From positions 39,036 through 103,035 of the forward strand of contig JBHIAH010000005.1 in the NCBI GenBank assembly GCA_046758505.1: a stretch of DNA of 64,000 bases, read 5' to 3'. Numbering within the stretch: position 1 is the first letter of the stretch; every line of letters begins with the position of its first letter. The position numbers and the translations under genes were made by a program. This DNA is from Candidatus Methylomirabilales bacterium. Lineage in GTDB: Bacteria; Methylomirabilota; Methylomirabilia; Methylomirabilales; CSP1-5. Under the pieces are notes generated by a model. It ran no database searches. It saw only the letters and a list, made by a program, of their open reading frames with translations, and was not told the DNA's origin. Below are positions 10,508 through 21,257 of the stretch, one piece after another.

Positions 10508-10828
10508 CTAGGCCTGGAATGACTGCCCGCAGCCGCAGGAGCCCGTGGCGTTCGGGTTCTTGATGGCGAAGCCGGCCCCGGTCAGCCCATCGTGAAAGTC
10601 GATCTCTGCGCCGGTGAGGAAGAGCAGACTCTTGGGGTCGATGACCACCTTGACCCCCTCCTGCTCGATGACCTGGTCACCCTCCCGGGGGCTGTCAAAG
10701 GCCATCTGATACTGGTAGCCGGAGCAGCCGCCTCCCATCACCCGGACGCGCAGCCCCTGCCCCTCGATCCCGTCCTGCGCCATCAGGTCTTTCAGCTTTG
10801 CTGCGGCCTTCGCTGTTACCGTGACCAT
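10508..10828 (-). CDS. iscA: Fe-S cluster A-type carrier (IscA/ErpA/HesB)
   Basis: GGGCSG, NPNA..SCGCG.SF; ATG at 10828 with AAGGAGG RBS. Confidence 0.92.
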   Translation of the reverse strand: MVTVTAKAAAKLKDLMAQDGIEGQGLRVRVMGGGCSGYQYQMAFDSPREGDQVIEQEGVKVVIDPKSLLFLTGAEIDFHDGLTGAGFAIKNPNATGSCGCGQSFQA

Positions 10829-10880
10829 AGTCTTTCTGACCTCCTTCATGCCTGAATGTGATAGTTCTTCCTGCCTGGCG

Positions 10881-12119
10881 TTACCTCGCGGCGTCCCGGG
10901 CACTCCCGGTGTGTACCCTCTCGCCCGGCGGGCCGCTCGACTTGGCTCGCGGCGGACCGCTCCACATGGCTCGAAGTCTCCCCACGCGCTCTGCCAACTT
11001 CTCGATCGTGAAATCGACCTCTTCTTCTGTGCTCCACCGCCCAAGGCCAAACCGGATACTGCTCCTGGCCAGCGCGTCGTCTACCCCCAGGGCCCGCAGG
11101 ACGTAGGAAGGCTCCATGCTGGTCGAGGTGCAGGCCGAACCCGATGACACGGCCACATCCTTCATGCTAAGGAGCAGGGCCTCGCCCTCCACCCGGGCAA
11201 AGCTCAGGTTCAGATTCCCGGGCAGACGCCGCTCCGGATGTCCGTTGAGATGGACACCATCGATCCGGCGAACAATCCCTTCCTTCAAGCGCTCCCGCAG
11301 CGTCGTCAGCCGCCTGCCCTCCTCCGCCATCACCCGCGAGGCGACCTCACAGGCCTGTCCAAAGCCCACGATCCCCGGGACGTTCTGCGTCCCCGAACGC
11401 CGCCCTCGTTCCTGGCCCCCGCCGTCCTGGAGGGGGATGAGCTTGACCGCCGGACGGGTCATCCGGACATACAGTCCCCCCACCCCTTTGGGGCCATACA
11501 GCTTATGGGCGGAGAAGGAGAGGAAATCCGCGTGCACCTCATCGACCCTCAACGGGATCTTGCCGAGGGCCTGCGCCGCATCGGAGTGAAACAGGACCCC
11601 CCGGGCCCTGCAGATGCGACCGATCTCGGCGAGGGGCTGGATGGTCCCGATCTCGTTATGCGCAGCGATCACGCTCACCAGGATCGTTCGGTCGGTGATC
11701 GCCTCCTCGACCTGCAAGGGGTCCGCGAGCCCCGTCCGGTCCACCGGCAGATAGGTAACGTCAAATCCTTCCTTCTCCAGGCGGTGACAGGCATCCAGGA
11801 CCGCGTGATGCTCGATCGCCGTCGTGATAATGTGGTTCCCTCGATCGCGGGAGGCCCAGGCAACCCCCTTCAACGCCAGATTATTCGACTCGGTGGCCCC
11901 GGACGTGAAAACGACCTCCATCGGCTTGCACGCGATGAGCTGGCCGAGTTGCTCCCTCGCCTTTTCGACGGCCGACTCGGCCGTCCAACCGAAGACGTGA
12001 GTCCGCGAAGAGGGATTGCCAAAGCGCTCCCCAAAATAGGGAAGCATCGCCTCCAAGACCTCGGCATCCACCGGGGTCGTGGCGTGGTAATCCATGTAAA
12101 TTGGAAGCCTTACACCCAT
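10881..12119 (-). CDS. iscS: Cysteine desulfurase
   Basis: DYHATTP, GNPSS, HSDAAQ, SAHKLYGPKG, SSGSACTS. Confidence 0.95.
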   Translation of the reverse strand: MGVRLPIYMDYHATTPVDAEVLEAMLPYFGERFGNPSSRTHVFGWTAESAVEKAREQLGQLIACKPMEVVFTSGATESNNLALKGVAWASRDRGNHIITTAIEHHAVLDACHRLEKEGFDVTYLPVDRTGLADPLQVEEAITDRTILVSVIAAHNEIGTIQPLAEIGRICRARGVLFHSDAAQALGKIPLRVDEVHADFLSFSAHKLYGPKGVGGLYVRMTRPAVKLIPLQDGGGQERGRRSGTQNVPGIVGFGQACEVASRVMAEEGRRLTTLRERLKEGIVRRIDGVHLNGHPERRLPGNLNLSFARVEGEALLLSMKDVAVSSGSACTSTSMEPSYVLRALGVDDALARSSIRFGLGRWSTEEEVDFTIEKLAERVGRLRAMWSGPPRAKSSGPPGERVHTGSARDAAR

Positions 12120-12171
12120 TTACTGCCTTTCGTGGGGGTTAACGGCAGGCCCTCTGGCACTCTTATTTCAC

Positions 12172-12200
12172 ATTATAAGAAAAGGTGCAGCCTGTGTCAA
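12172..12200 (-). promoter_or_regulatory. Consensus sigma70 promoter of iscS-iscA-nuoB
   Basis: Perfect TTGACA-17 bp-TATAAT on the minus strand, 52 bp upstream of iscS. Confidence 0.8.
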
Positions 12201-12222
12201 GGCAATTGGGTCTGCTTCCTCC

Positions 12223-13341
12223 TTATATTTCCAAGAGTTTAGGAAACTTCGTCAGATTTCGACAGCCGGTTTCCGTCACCACCACGACATCCTCGACCCG
12301 CACCCCGCCTTCCCCCGGATAGTAGAGGCCGGGCTCGACGGTCACCACATTTCCGGTCCGCAGCACCGCTCCCCGTTTTCCAATCCGCGGGGGCTCGTGG
12401 ATCTCGAGCCCCAAGCCATGCCCCGTTCCGTGAAAAAAGCCTTGCATCCGTCCATCCACCTCGCCGGTGGGGAACCCCAAGCGTTCGAAGACCGCCGCCA
12501 CCTCCCGGTGGATTGCGGCCCCATCGGCCCCATCCCGGATCAGGGCAACCGCCCGCTCCTGGGCCTGAAGCACCGCCTCATGCATCCGCCTCACCCGGAC
12601 AGAGGCGTGTCCCCTGACGACCGTCCGGGTGATGTCGGCGAAGTAGCGGGTCCGGCTCGAGCGGGGAAAAATATCAATGACGATGGGCTGATGGGCCCTC
12701 AGGGGTCCCGTGCCGATCTGATGCGGGTCACTCCCCTGCTCGCCGCCGGCCACAATCGTATGTTCAGCCATGCAGTCACGGTCGAGGAGCGCATGGTGAA
12801 TCAGCCTTCTCACCCTTTCCGCCGTGAGGCGCTCACCCGCGCGATACAGCTCGTCTCCCCGGATTTCGGCCTCGCGGATCGCCTGAACGGCCATGTCCAG
12901 TGCTCCTTCAGTGCACCGCAGCGCCTCGGCAATCCACCCGACCTCGGCCTCAGACTTGATGAGGCGAGCTTCAAAAAATGTCTCCTCCTTTACCCGGACA
13001 TGAAACCCCTTGACCCGTAGCTTGTCCGCGTACTCCGCAGGAAAGCTCCCCGGGACCAGGAGGTGCTGGACCCTCCGCTCCCTGAGTGCCTCATCGACCG
13101 CATCGAGCACGGTCGGTTGCATGCCGCGGTCCTTTGCCCGGTCTTCATACTGTTGCAGCGGGAGGATCGTTTCGACGGCGGCTTGGCTCCTGGCTCGGCC
13201 CAGCTCCAAGTCGCTCACCATGATGACCCGTTCCCCCCCCACCTGAAAGAAGGGGAACGGATCGGGGGCCAGGAAGCGGGTGGCGTAGTACAGGTCGGCA
13301 TCCCGCTCACTGGCCGCAATGATGAGAAGCGCTTCGCTCAT
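12223..13341 (-). CDS. Xaa-Pro aminopeptidase (M24 family)
   Basis: YFADITRT, HGTGHGLGLEIHE, TVEPGLY, GVRVED. Confidence 0.92.
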   Translation of the reverse strand: MSEALLIIAASERDADLYYATRFLAPDPFPFFQVGGERVIMVSDLELGRARSQAAVETILPLQQYEDRAKDRGMQPTVLDAVDEALRERRVQHLLVPGSFPAEYADKLRVKGFHVRVKEETFFEARLIKSEAEVGWIAEALRCTEGALDMAVQAIREAEIRGDELYRAGERLTAERVRRLIHHALLDRDCMAEHTIVAGGEQGSDPHQIGTGPLRAHQPIVIDIFPRSSRTRYFADITRTVVRGHASVRVRRMHEAVLQAQERAVALIRDGADGAAIHREVAAVFERLGFPTGEVDGRMQGFFHGTGHGLGLEIHEPPRIGKRGAVLRTGNVVTVEPGLYYPGEGGVRVEDVVVVTETGCRNLTKFPKLLEI

Positions 13342-13350
13342 AGCTCGCTA

Positions 13351-13670
13351 CCGTTGACCGACAACCGATGACCGCCACCGGAGTTCACGGTCCGATGTCC
13401 GATGTCACCAAGAGCGAGGAGGGGATTCCTTCCGAGGGCGGCGACATCTGGCTTGCATCGGGCCGGGGTCCCGCCGCCGGAGCGCAGCGTAGGCGGGGGT
13501 GGCCCGCCTCGGCAACCTACAACGCCTCAGCATGCGTACCGTTGCCTCGGCGCATCACGTCCTCGGAGAATTTGACGCCGCCGAGGAAGGTCCCTCCCAG
13601 CTCTTGCTTTACGGTCATCGGTCATCGGTCATCGACTTCCCGACATCGGACGTCGCACTCCGGACATCGG
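13351..13670. repeat. Heptamer arrays flanking a MITE/REP-like element
   Basis: CCGATGA and GTCCGAT arrays on the left, their complements on the right; core 13448-13508 recurs at 26550-26609. Confidence 0.65.
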
Positions 13671-14826
13671 GCCCCATCACGCCATGCATCACCAGCGGTT
13701 CCTCAATCAGCCGCCCCTCCTGGAATCTCCGGGGCGAGAGAGGGGCGATGTCGATTCCGGTAGTCTGACCGTTCAGGATCAGCTCGGCCATCAGCTTTCC
13801 GGCCACCGGGCCGTGCATAAAGCCGTGGCCACTGAAGCCGCACGCCAAGTAAAACCCCCGCACCTCGCTCTCGCCCAGGATCGGATGGTTATCGGGGGAG
13901 ATGTCATAGAGACCCGCCCACCCCCGCACGATCTCCACGTCGGCGAGTGCCGGGAGCCGGTGGACGGCCCTCGCCCGGACCTCCGGCACCATCTCCCAGT
14001 CTACCGCCGTGTTGAAACTTGACTCCCGATCGGTCCGCGCGGGGATCAGAGCCCCTCCCTCTTCCGGCCGGAAGTACCAGTCCCGATGCACGTCGATCGT
14101 CACCGGGACCTCCCGTGCGAGCTCGGGTACCGGAGCGCTCACGAAAAGCTGCCGCCTCCACGGAGTGACCGGCACCATTGCTCCCGCCATCCGCCCGACG
14201 GCACCGGCATAGGGTCCGCCGGCATTGACCACCACCGGCGCCGCAATCGCCCCGTCGCCAGTCTCGACCCCCAGCACCCGGCCCCCCCGAACGCGCACCC
14301 CGGTGACCTCACACCGCTCACGCAGCCGGACCCCGAGGCCGGCCGCCCGCTCCGCATAGCCCCAAACCACCTGAAGGGGAGACGCGTATCCGTCTCCCGG
14401 GGAATAGGTCCCCTCCAAGAGATCATCGACCCGGAGGCACGGTGCAAGGCGCCCGATCTCGACGGGCCGCAGGACCTCCACGGAAACCCCGAGACGCCTC
14501 TGCAGTTCCACCGCCTTCCGAAACCGCGTCCGCTCCTCCTCGGTGCTCTGCAGGAAGAGATACCCGATTTCCCGGAAGTCGGGATCCCACCCCGTTTCCT
14601 CCCGGAAGGCCTGGAACATCTTGACGCTTTCGATCGAGAGTTGGATGTGGATCTCGGTGAGGAACTGGCGCCGGATCCCCCCAGCCGACCGGCCGGTGGA
14701 GCCGCCCCCCAGGTGTCCCTGCTCGAGAAGAACGACCTTGAGACGAGAACTCCGCGCCAGATGATAGGCGATGCTACAGCCGACGATGCCACCCCCGATG
14801 ATGCAGACGTCCACTCGATCCGGCAC
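13615..14826 (-). CDS. FAD-dependent oxidoreductase (DAO/sarcosine oxidase beta-like)
   Basis: GGGIVG, GSTGRSAGG, GFSGHGFM. Confidence 0.9.
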   Translation of the reverse strand: MPDRVDVCIIGGGIVGCSIAYHLARSSRLKVVLLEQGHLGGGSTGRSAGGIRRQFLTEIHIQLSIESVKMFQAFREETGWDPDFREIGYLFLQSTEEERTRFRKAVELQRRLGVSVEVLRPVEIGRLAPCLRVDDLLEGTYSPGDGYASPLQVVWGYAERAAGLGVRLRERCEVTGVRVRGGRVLGVETGDGAIAAPVVVNAGGPYAGAVGRMAGAMVPVTPWRRQLFVSAPVPELAREVPVTIDVHRDWYFRPEEGGALIPARTDRESSFNTAVDWEMVPEVRARAVHRLPALADVEIVRGWAGLYDISPDNHPILGESEVRGFYLACGFSGHGFMHGPVAGKLMAELILNGQTTGIDIAPLSPRRFQEGRLIEEPLVMHGVMGPDVRSATSDVGKSMTDDR

Positions 14827-14828
14827 GG

Positions 14829-17800
14829 CTATGGCGTGAACGGACCGGGGCCCCCAGGCTCAGCCCCTGCCTCGACCACCTCTGCAGCCCGGTCCTTTTG
14901 CCTCACGGCATGCGGGAGGATTTTCCAGAACAGGCAGAGATAATGGTCCCAGCGCTCCAGAATCTCCCGGGACCGGTCACTCTTGGTGACCTCGAGATGT
15001 CGCAGGACCAGAGCGCGAAGCTCCTCGGCATCTTCGGCCCGCTCCACCCGCTCGATCCCGACCAGTTCCGGGTTATAGCGCTGGGGAAACGTTCCGTCCT
15101 CATCCAGCACGTAGGCGACGCCGTTCGTCATCCCGGCGCCGAAGTTCCGGCCGGTCCCGCCCAGAACCACCACACACCCCGCCGTCATGTACTCACAGCC
15201 GTGATCCCCAACGCCCTCGACCACGGCAGTGGCCCCGCTGTTTCGGATGGCAAACCGCTCCCCCGCCTGGCCGGCCGCCCAGAGGAAACCCCCGGTGGCC
15301 CCGTAGAGACAGGTGTTGCCCATGATCACATTTTCGTGCGAGCGATACCGGGCCTCGGGGGGCGGCACCAGGATGAGCTCGCCCCCGCCCAACCCCTTCC
15401 CCACATAATCGTTGGCCTCCCCCACCAAGACAAAGCGCATGCCCGGTGTCAGAAAGGCCCCAAAGCTTTGGCCAGCACTCCCCCTGAAGAAGACCTCAAC
15501 GCTCCCCGCGGACAGTCCCCGATCCCCGTACCGGAGGGCGATCTGACCCGCCAGCGTGGCCCCCACTGTCCGGTCGGTGTTGCCGATCCTGTAACTCAAA
15601 CGGAGCGGCACCTTCCCCTCGAGCACCCCCCTGGCATCGCGCAGGAGAACATCGTTAAAGGGCTCGTCCGGCCGATCGTTCCGGCGCTGGATCGCGCGCC
15701 TCGGCCTCGTGCCGCTCGGATCCGGATCGGCGAGGATCGCCTGCAGGTTGAGGCGCGAGGCCTTCGGATGGCCAGGGGGCGGGACCGGCGCCAACAGATC
15801 CGTCCGCCCGATAACCTCGTCAAGTGTGCGGAAGCCGAGGCCGGCCAGGATCTCCCGGACCTCGTGGGCGACATGGGTGAGAAAATGAACCAGCATCTCG
15901 GGTGTGCCCCGGAACTTCGCCCGGAGGTCCGGCCTCTGGGTCGCCACCCCGACCGGACACGTATTCAGATGGCACTGCCGGGTCATGACGCACCCGACGG
16001 CCACCACGGCGGCAGAGCCAAAGCCGTACTCTTCCGCGCCCAGCATGGCAGCAACCATTACATCCCGGCCGGTCTTCATCCCTCCATCCACGCGTAAGGT
16101 GACCCGTCCCCGGAGGTCATTCCAGACCAAGACCTGCTGTGTCTCGGCAAGTCCCAGCTCCCAGGGGGCGCCGGCATTCTTGATGGAGCTGATCGGAGAG
16201 GCCCCCGTCCCCCCGTCGTGGCCGCTGATCAGGATCACATCGGCGTATCCCTTCGCCACCCCCGCCGCAATGGTCCCCACGCCGGCCTCGGCCACGAGCT
16301 TCACGCCCACCGTCGCCTGGCGGTTGACCTCCTTCAGGTCGTAGATGAGCTGGCTCAGGTCTTCGATGGAGTAGATGTCGTGATGGGGTGGGGGCGAGAT
16401 CAGGGGAATCCCCGGGACGGCGTGACGAATCTTCGCGATCATCTCCGAAACCTTGTGCCCGGGAAGTTGTCCCCCCTCGCCCGGCTTGGACCCTTGGGCC
16501 ATCTTGATCTCGAGCTGCTCCGCCCGGACCAGATACTCCGGGGTGACGCCAAAGCGGCCGGAGGCCACCTGCTTGATCTTGGAGTTGGCGCTGTCGCCAT
16601 TTGCACAGGGGATCCACCAGGCGGGATCTTCCCCCCCCTCCCCCGTGTTGGACTTGGCCCCGATCCGGTTCATCGCGATGGCAATGGTCCGATGGGTCTC
16701 CGGCGAGAGGGCGCCCAAAGACATGGCCTGCGTGGTGAAGCGGCGTCGGATCGCTTCCACCGGCTCTACCTGGTCGATGGGGAGGGGGGCATTCGGGGAC
16801 TGAAAGCGGAGCAGATCCCTGAGCGCCAAGGGCTCTCGGCTGTTCACCAGCCCCGCGTACTGCCGATACTCCTGATAGTCACCCCCCTTGGCGGAGTGCT
16901 GCAGGGCCTTCACCATCTTGGGGAAGAAGGCGTGCTGCTCGCCGCTCTGGCGGAAGCGATAGAATCCGATCTCGGGGAGCTTCGCCGACGGTTCCATGCC
17001 GTACGCTTCGCCGTGCCGCATCAGCACATCCGCGCACAGCTCCCCGTACCCGACACCCCCAATCCGAGAGGGGGTACCGAGGAAGGAGCGTGCGATTACC
17101 TCATCATCGAGCCCGACCGCCTCGAAGATCTGAGCCCCTTGGTAGCTCGTGAGGGTGGAGATCCCCATCTTGGACATCACCTTCAGGATTCCCTTCCTGA
17201 GGGCGCTCCGGTAGTTTTTGAGGGCCTGCTCCACCGACAGGCCTTCTGTCGTGGCCGCCCGGGCCAGATTCTTGACCGTCTGAAAGGCGAGGTAGGGGTT
17301 CACGGCGGACGCCCCGTACCCGATGAGGCAGGCCAGGTGGTGGACCTCCCATGCCTCGGCCGTCTCCACCAACAGATCCACCCGCATCCGCTTCCCCTCG
17401 CGAATCAGGTGATGGTGGACCGACCCGACACAGAGGAGCATGGGGACCGGGGCATGGGTCCCGTCGACCCCCCGATCGCTCAGGATGAGAAGCGTCTTCC
17501 CTTGATCCACGGCCTGACTGGCCGCCTCGCACAGCGCGGCCACCGCGGCCCGCATCCCCTCGGCGCCTCCGGCCACCGGGAAGAGGGTGGAGAGGGTCAC
17601 GGCGGCAAACCGAGGATCCTTCAGCCTCCGGAGAGGCTCGAGCTCATGATCCTCGAGCAGGGGGCTTTTCAGGTGGATCAGGTGCGCGTGGTGCGGCGTC
17701 TCATCGAGGAGGGAGCCCTTGGGGCCGAGATAGACATGGGACGACATCACCAGGCGCTCTCGCAGCGGGTCGATGGGGGGGTTGGTCACCTGGGCGAAGC

Positions 17801-19370
17801 GCTGCTTGAAATAGCCGTAGAGGAGCCGGGGTCGGCGCGAGAGGACCGCGAGGGGGGTGTCGTTCCCCATCGAGAAGACCGGTTCCTTGTTCTCGGCAAA
17901 CATCGGCTTGAGGACGAGCTCGATCTCTTCGTTCGTGTACCCAAAGCAGACCTGCTGCCGCCAGAGGCTGGTCCCGTTTCCGCCACCCGCTCCTCCGTCG
18001 GCGGCGGGGGGGGCGATGGCAACCCGCAGGAGGTGCTTCTCGATCCAATCCCCGTATGGCCGCCTCCGGGCCATCTCTGCCTTGATCTCCGCGTTATGCT
18101 GCAGGACCCCCCGGCGGGTATCCACGGCGATCATCTGCCCCGGCCCCAACCGTCCCTTCTGCACAATCCTTCGCTCATCCAGATCCAGGACCCCCACTTC
18201 CGACGCCATCAGGACGATCCCATCCTCGGTGACCGCATACCGGGCGGGGCGGAGGCCGTTTCGGTCCAGGGTCGCCCCGACCACCGTCCCGTCGGTGAAC
18301 GCAAGCGCCGCCGGACCGTCCCAGGCCTCGGTCAGGCAGGCGTGGTACTCGTAAAACGCCCTGAGGTGCGGGTCCATCCCCGGCATGTTTTCCCAGGCTT
18401 CGGGAACCAGCATCATGAAGGCGTGCCGGATGTCCCGGCCGGACATGACCACCGCCTCGACCGCGTTGTCCAGATGGGCCGAGTCGCTGCCTCCCGGGGT
18501 CAGGATCGGCCGGAGCAACGAGACCCGGTCTTTCCACACCCGGGAGGTGAGTTCCTTTTCCCGGGCGTACATCCAGTTCTGATTGCCCTGGAGGGTGTTG
18601 ATCTCGCCGTTATGGCCCAGCATGCGAAAGGGTTGCGCCAAGAACCAAGTGGGAAACGTGTTCGTGGAATACCGCTGGTGAAAGACGGCCAGGGCGGTCT
18701 TAAAGGCTGGATCCTGAAGGTCCCGATAGAACCGCCTGAGCTGCGGGGCGACGAAAAGCCCCTTATAGACGATCGTCCGGTGGGAGAAAGAGGGAATGCA
18801 AAAATCCCGGACCTGCTCGGCCCAGACCTGCCTCTCGATCTCTTTCCGGCAGAGATAGAGGATCCGCTCGTACTCCTCGTCGGACGCCCCCAGCGGCCGC
18901 CCCATGAGAAACTGCTCGATCTGGGGGACGCCGGCGAGGGCTGTCTCACCCAAGGCGCTGAGATCCACCGGGACAGGACGCCACCCAAAGATCCGAAGTC
19001 CGTGTCGGGTCGCGCTCCCCTCCACGATGGCCCTGCAGAGGTGTTGACCCTCGAGATCCGGCCTGGGGAGAAAGAGCATGCCGATGCCGAGGTCCGCCCC
19101 CCCCACGAGCGGGACCCCGCACCGCTCCAGGTCCCGTCGAAACAGCTCCTGCGGGATCTGCGTCAGGACCCCCGCCCCATCGCCGGTCTTGCCGTCTGCC
19201 GAGACCGCGCCCCGGTGGGTGACATTCACCACCGCCTGGATTGCCATCTCGAGGATGGCGTGACTGCGGGTCCCCGAAACGTCGGCTACGAAGCCAACCC
19301 CGCAGGCATCCCGCTCTGTAAAGAGGGGATGCGCCCGCACACCGGGGGGATGGCGCTCTGCCTCCCTCAT
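14829..19370 (-). CDS. gltB: Glutamate synthase large subunit
   Basis: CGVGF N-terminal Cys, HQRYSTNT, SNTGEGGE, KPGEGGQLPG, CVMTRQCHLNTCPVG; start uncertain (19370-19415). Confidence 0.96.
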   Translation of the reverse strand: MREAERHPPGVRAHPLFTERDACGVGFVADVSGTRSHAILEMAIQAVVNVTHRGAVSADGKTGDGAGVLTQIPQELFRRDLERCGVPLVGGADLGIGMLFLPRPDLEGQHLCRAIVEGSATRHGLRIFGWRPVPVDLSALGETALAGVPQIEQFLMGRPLGASDEEYERILYLCRKEIERQVWAEQVRDFCIPSFSHRTIVYKGLFVAPQLRRFYRDLQDPAFKTALAVFHQRYSTNTFPTWFLAQPFRMLGHNGEINTLQGNQNWMYAREKELTSRVWKDRVSLLRPILTPGGSDSAHLDNAVEAVVMSGRDIRHAFMMLVPEAWENMPGMDPHLRAFYEYHACLTEAWDGPAALAFTDGTVVGATLDRNGLRPARYAVTEDGIVLMASEVGVLDLDERRIVQKGRLGPGQMIAVDTRRGVLQHNAEIKAEMARRRPYGDWIEKHLLRVAIAPPAADGGAGGGNGTSLWRQQVCFGYTNEEIELVLKPMFAENKEPVFSMGNDTPLAVLSRRPRLLYGYFKQRFAQVTNPPIDPLRERLVMSSHVYLGPKGSLLDETPHHAHLIHLKSPLLEDHELEPLRRLKDPRFAAVTLSTLFPVAGGAEGMRAAVAALCEAASQAVDQGKTLLILSDRGVDGTHAPVPMLLCVGSVHHHLIREGKRMRVDLLVETAEAWEVHHLACLIGYGASAVNPYLAFQTVKNLARAATTEGLSVEQALKNYRSALRKGILKVMSKMGISTLTSYQGAQIFEAVGLDDEVIARSFLGTPSRIGGVGYGELCADVLMRHGEAYGMEPSAKLPEIGFYRFRQSGEQHAFFPKMVKALQHSAKGGDYQEYRQYAGLVNSREPLALRDLLRFQSPNAPLPIDQVEPVEAIRRRFTTQAMSLGALSPETHRTIAIAMNRIGAKSNTGEGGEDPAWWIPCANGDSANSKIKQVASGRFGVTPEYLVRAEQLEIKMAQGSKPGEGGQLPGHKVSEMIAKIRHAVPGIPLISPPPHHDIYSIEDLSQLIYDLKEVNRQATVGVKLVAEAGVGTIAAGVAKGYADVILISGHDGGTGASPISSIKNAGAPWELGLAETQQVLVWNDLRGRVTLRVDGGMKTGRDVMVAAMLGAEEYGFGSAAVVAVGCVMTRQCHLNTCPVGVATQRPDLRAKFRGTPEMLVHFLTHVAHEVREILAGLGFRTLDEVIGRTDLLAPVPPPGHPKASRLNLQAILADPDPSGTRPRRAIQRRNDRPDEPFNDVLLRDARGVLEGKVPLRLSYRIGNTDRTVGATLAGQIALRYGDRGLSAGSVEVFFRGSAGQSFGAFLTPGMRFVLVGEANDYVGKGLGGGELILVPPPEARYRSHENVIMGNTCLYGATGGFLWAAGQAGERFAIRNSGATAVVEGVGDHGCEYMTAGCVVVLGGTGRNFGAGMTNGVAYVLDEDGTFPQRYNPELVGIERVERAEDAEELRALVLRHLEVTKSDRSREILERWDHYLCLFWKILPHAVRQKDRAAEVVEAGAEPGGPGPFTP

Positions 19371-19528
19371 CGTGGCTTCTGCTTTCCCAGACACCTGTCC
19401 TCTCCCCCTGCGCAATCGCCCAGGATAACCCTATTCTACTGCTGCTCACTTGTTCGAGCAACGCGAATGGCAAATGTGATGGAGGAGGGTGGGCGAAAGA
19501 CCGTATCGGAGACGGTGTGCCTCTTCCC

Positions 19529-20581
19529 CTAGCCCCCGATGTAGGACATCTCGATCCTGTGGAGCCCCGCCGTCTCGCCCGAGCGGACCTCCGAGTAGCG
19601 GTCGGTGCGGCCCTGCCAGATCCGGCCGATGGCGGTGCGAATCGCGGCGTCAGAGGCGCCTCCGCGGAGGAGGCCGCACAGATCATGGCCCGCGGAGGCA
19701 AAGAGGCAGGTATACAGTTTTCCCTCGGCGGAGAGGCGCGCCCGCGTGCAGTCGCCGCAGAAGGGCCGGGTCACCGACGCGATGACGCCGATTTCCCCGC
19801 CGCCGTCCCGGTAGCGCCAGCGCCGGGCGACCTCGCCCCGGTAGTTTGGGTCGGCCGGCTCGAGCGGCAACTCGGCGTGGATCCGCCGCACGATCTCTGC
19901 CGCCGGGACCACGTCGTCGAGCCGCCACCCGTTCGTCGCCCCGACGTCCATGTACTCGATAAACCGTAGGACGTGCCCGGTCCCGCGGAAGAAGTGAGCC
20001 ATGGGGAGAATGCCGTGGTCATTGACCCCGCGCTTGACCACCATGTTGACTTTAACGGGCTTGAGCCCCGCCGCAGCGGCGGCCGCGATCCCATCCAGAA
20101 CCCGGTCCACGGCGACGCCGACATCATTCATCGCCTGAAACACGGCGTTGTCCAGTGCATCGAGGCTTACCGTGACCCGTGTAAGCCCGGCCGCGCGGAG
20201 GGCCTCGGCCTGCTGGGCGAGAAGCACGCCGTTGGTGGTAAGCGTCAGATCGAGCCCCGGGAGACCCGCGAGCATCCGCACCAACCGGTCCAGGTTGCGG
20301 CGCAGCAGCGGCTCCCCCCCGGTCAGGCGGAGCTTCTGGACGCCGTGGGCCTGGAAGAGCCGGGTGAGGCGCGTGATCTCCTCAAAGGTGAGGAGCGCTT
20401 CACGCTCGAGGAACGGGTAGTCCCGGCCGAAGACTTCTTTCGGCATGCAGTAGACGCACCGGAAGTTACAACGGTCGGTGACCGAGACCCGGAGATCGCG
20501 GAGGGGACGGCCGAGGGTGTCGGTGACGCTTTCGGGTGGTTTCGGTGGCTGACCCTTCGTGATAGGCGTCCGCTCAGACAT
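19529..20581 (-). CDS. moaA: GTP 3',8-cyclase
   Basis: [25 protein letters not shown]...C, C-terminal MSYIGG. Confidence 0.96.
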   Translation of the reverse strand: MSERTPITKGQPPKPPESVTDTLGRPLRDLRVSVTDRCNFRCVYCMPKEVFGRDYPFLEREALLTFEEITRLTRLFQAHGVQKLRLTGGEPLLRRNLDRLVRMLAGLPGLDLTLTTNGVLLAQQAEALRAAGLTRVTVSLDALDNAVFQAMNDVGVAVDRVLDGIAAAAAAGLKPVKVNMVVKRGVNDHGILPMAHFFRGTGHVLRFIEYMDVGATNGWRLDDVVPAAEIVRRIHAELPLEPADPNYRGEVARRWRYRDGGGEIGVIASVTRPFCGDCTRARLSAEGKLYTCLFASAGHDLCGLLRGGASDAAIRTAIGRIWQGRTDRYSEVRSGETAGLHRIEMSYIGG

Positions 20582-20593
20582 GAGCTCACGGCC

Positions 20594-20712
20594 ACGGTTC
20601 AGGGTTCAGAGTCGAGGGTTCATGGTGCATAGTTCAGGGTTCAGGGTGAAACGACCAAGCTTCATCGCCGACAATCCCAAGTGTACCATGAACCACGAAC
20701 CATGAACCGTCA
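20594..20712. repeat. Inverted heptamer arrays (GGTTCAG / TGAACCA)
   Basis: ggttcagggttcagag...gttcagggttcaggg then catgaaccacgaaccatgaacc. Confidence 0.7.
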
Positions 20713-20738
20713 ATAGGCCATCGGTCAACGGGCATCAA

Positions 20739-21233
20739 TCATTGCGCCTGTTTCTTGGCGATCGTGTACCGCTCGATCTTCTCCTGGAGCTTCAGCACCC
20801 CGTAGATGAGGGCTTCCGGCCGCGGGGGGCAGCCGGGGACGTAGACATCCACCGGCACGACCAGGTCCACCCCCTTGACCACGTGGTAGGCGTCGTAATA
20901 AAAGGGCCCACCGGAAATGGCACACGCCCCCATGGCGATGACCCACTTGGGCTCGGGCATCTGTTCGTACAGGGTCTTGATTCTGGGGGCCATCTTTTCC
21001 GTTACCGTCCCAGCCACGATCATGACGTCCGACTGTCTGGGGGAAGGGCGAAAGACGCCCGCCCCGAGCCGGTCCAGATCAAACCGGGAAGCCCCCGTCG
21101 CCATCATTTCGATCGCACAGCACGCCAACCCAAAGGTCATCGGCCAGGGAGACGACTTGCGGGCCCAGTTAAAGAGCCAGTCGAGCGTGGTGGTCACGAC
21201 CCCTGGCTCGATTTTCCCTTCTAAGACACTCAT
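20739..21233 (-). CDS. nuoB: NADH-quinone oxidoreductase subunit B (orphan copy 2)
   Basis: [29 protein letters not shown]. Confidence 0.93.
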   Translation of the reverse strand: MSVLEGKIEPGVVTTTLDWLFNWARKSSPWPMTFGLACCAIEMMATGASRFDLDRLGAGVFRPSPRQSDVMIVAGTVTEKMAPRIKTLYEQMPEPKWVIAMGACAISGGPFYYDAYHVVKGVDLVVPVDVYVPGCPPRPEALIYGVLKLQEKIERYTIAKKQAQ

Positions 21234-21257
21234 CGGTGCCTCCGTAAACCCGGACCC

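Noticed and set aside
16218..19532. 1104-aa plus-strand ORF
   Set aside because: Antisense shadow of gltB caused by high-GC codon bias; no recognisable motifs. The same applies to long antisense ORFs over gabD, iscS, thiC and mqnE.
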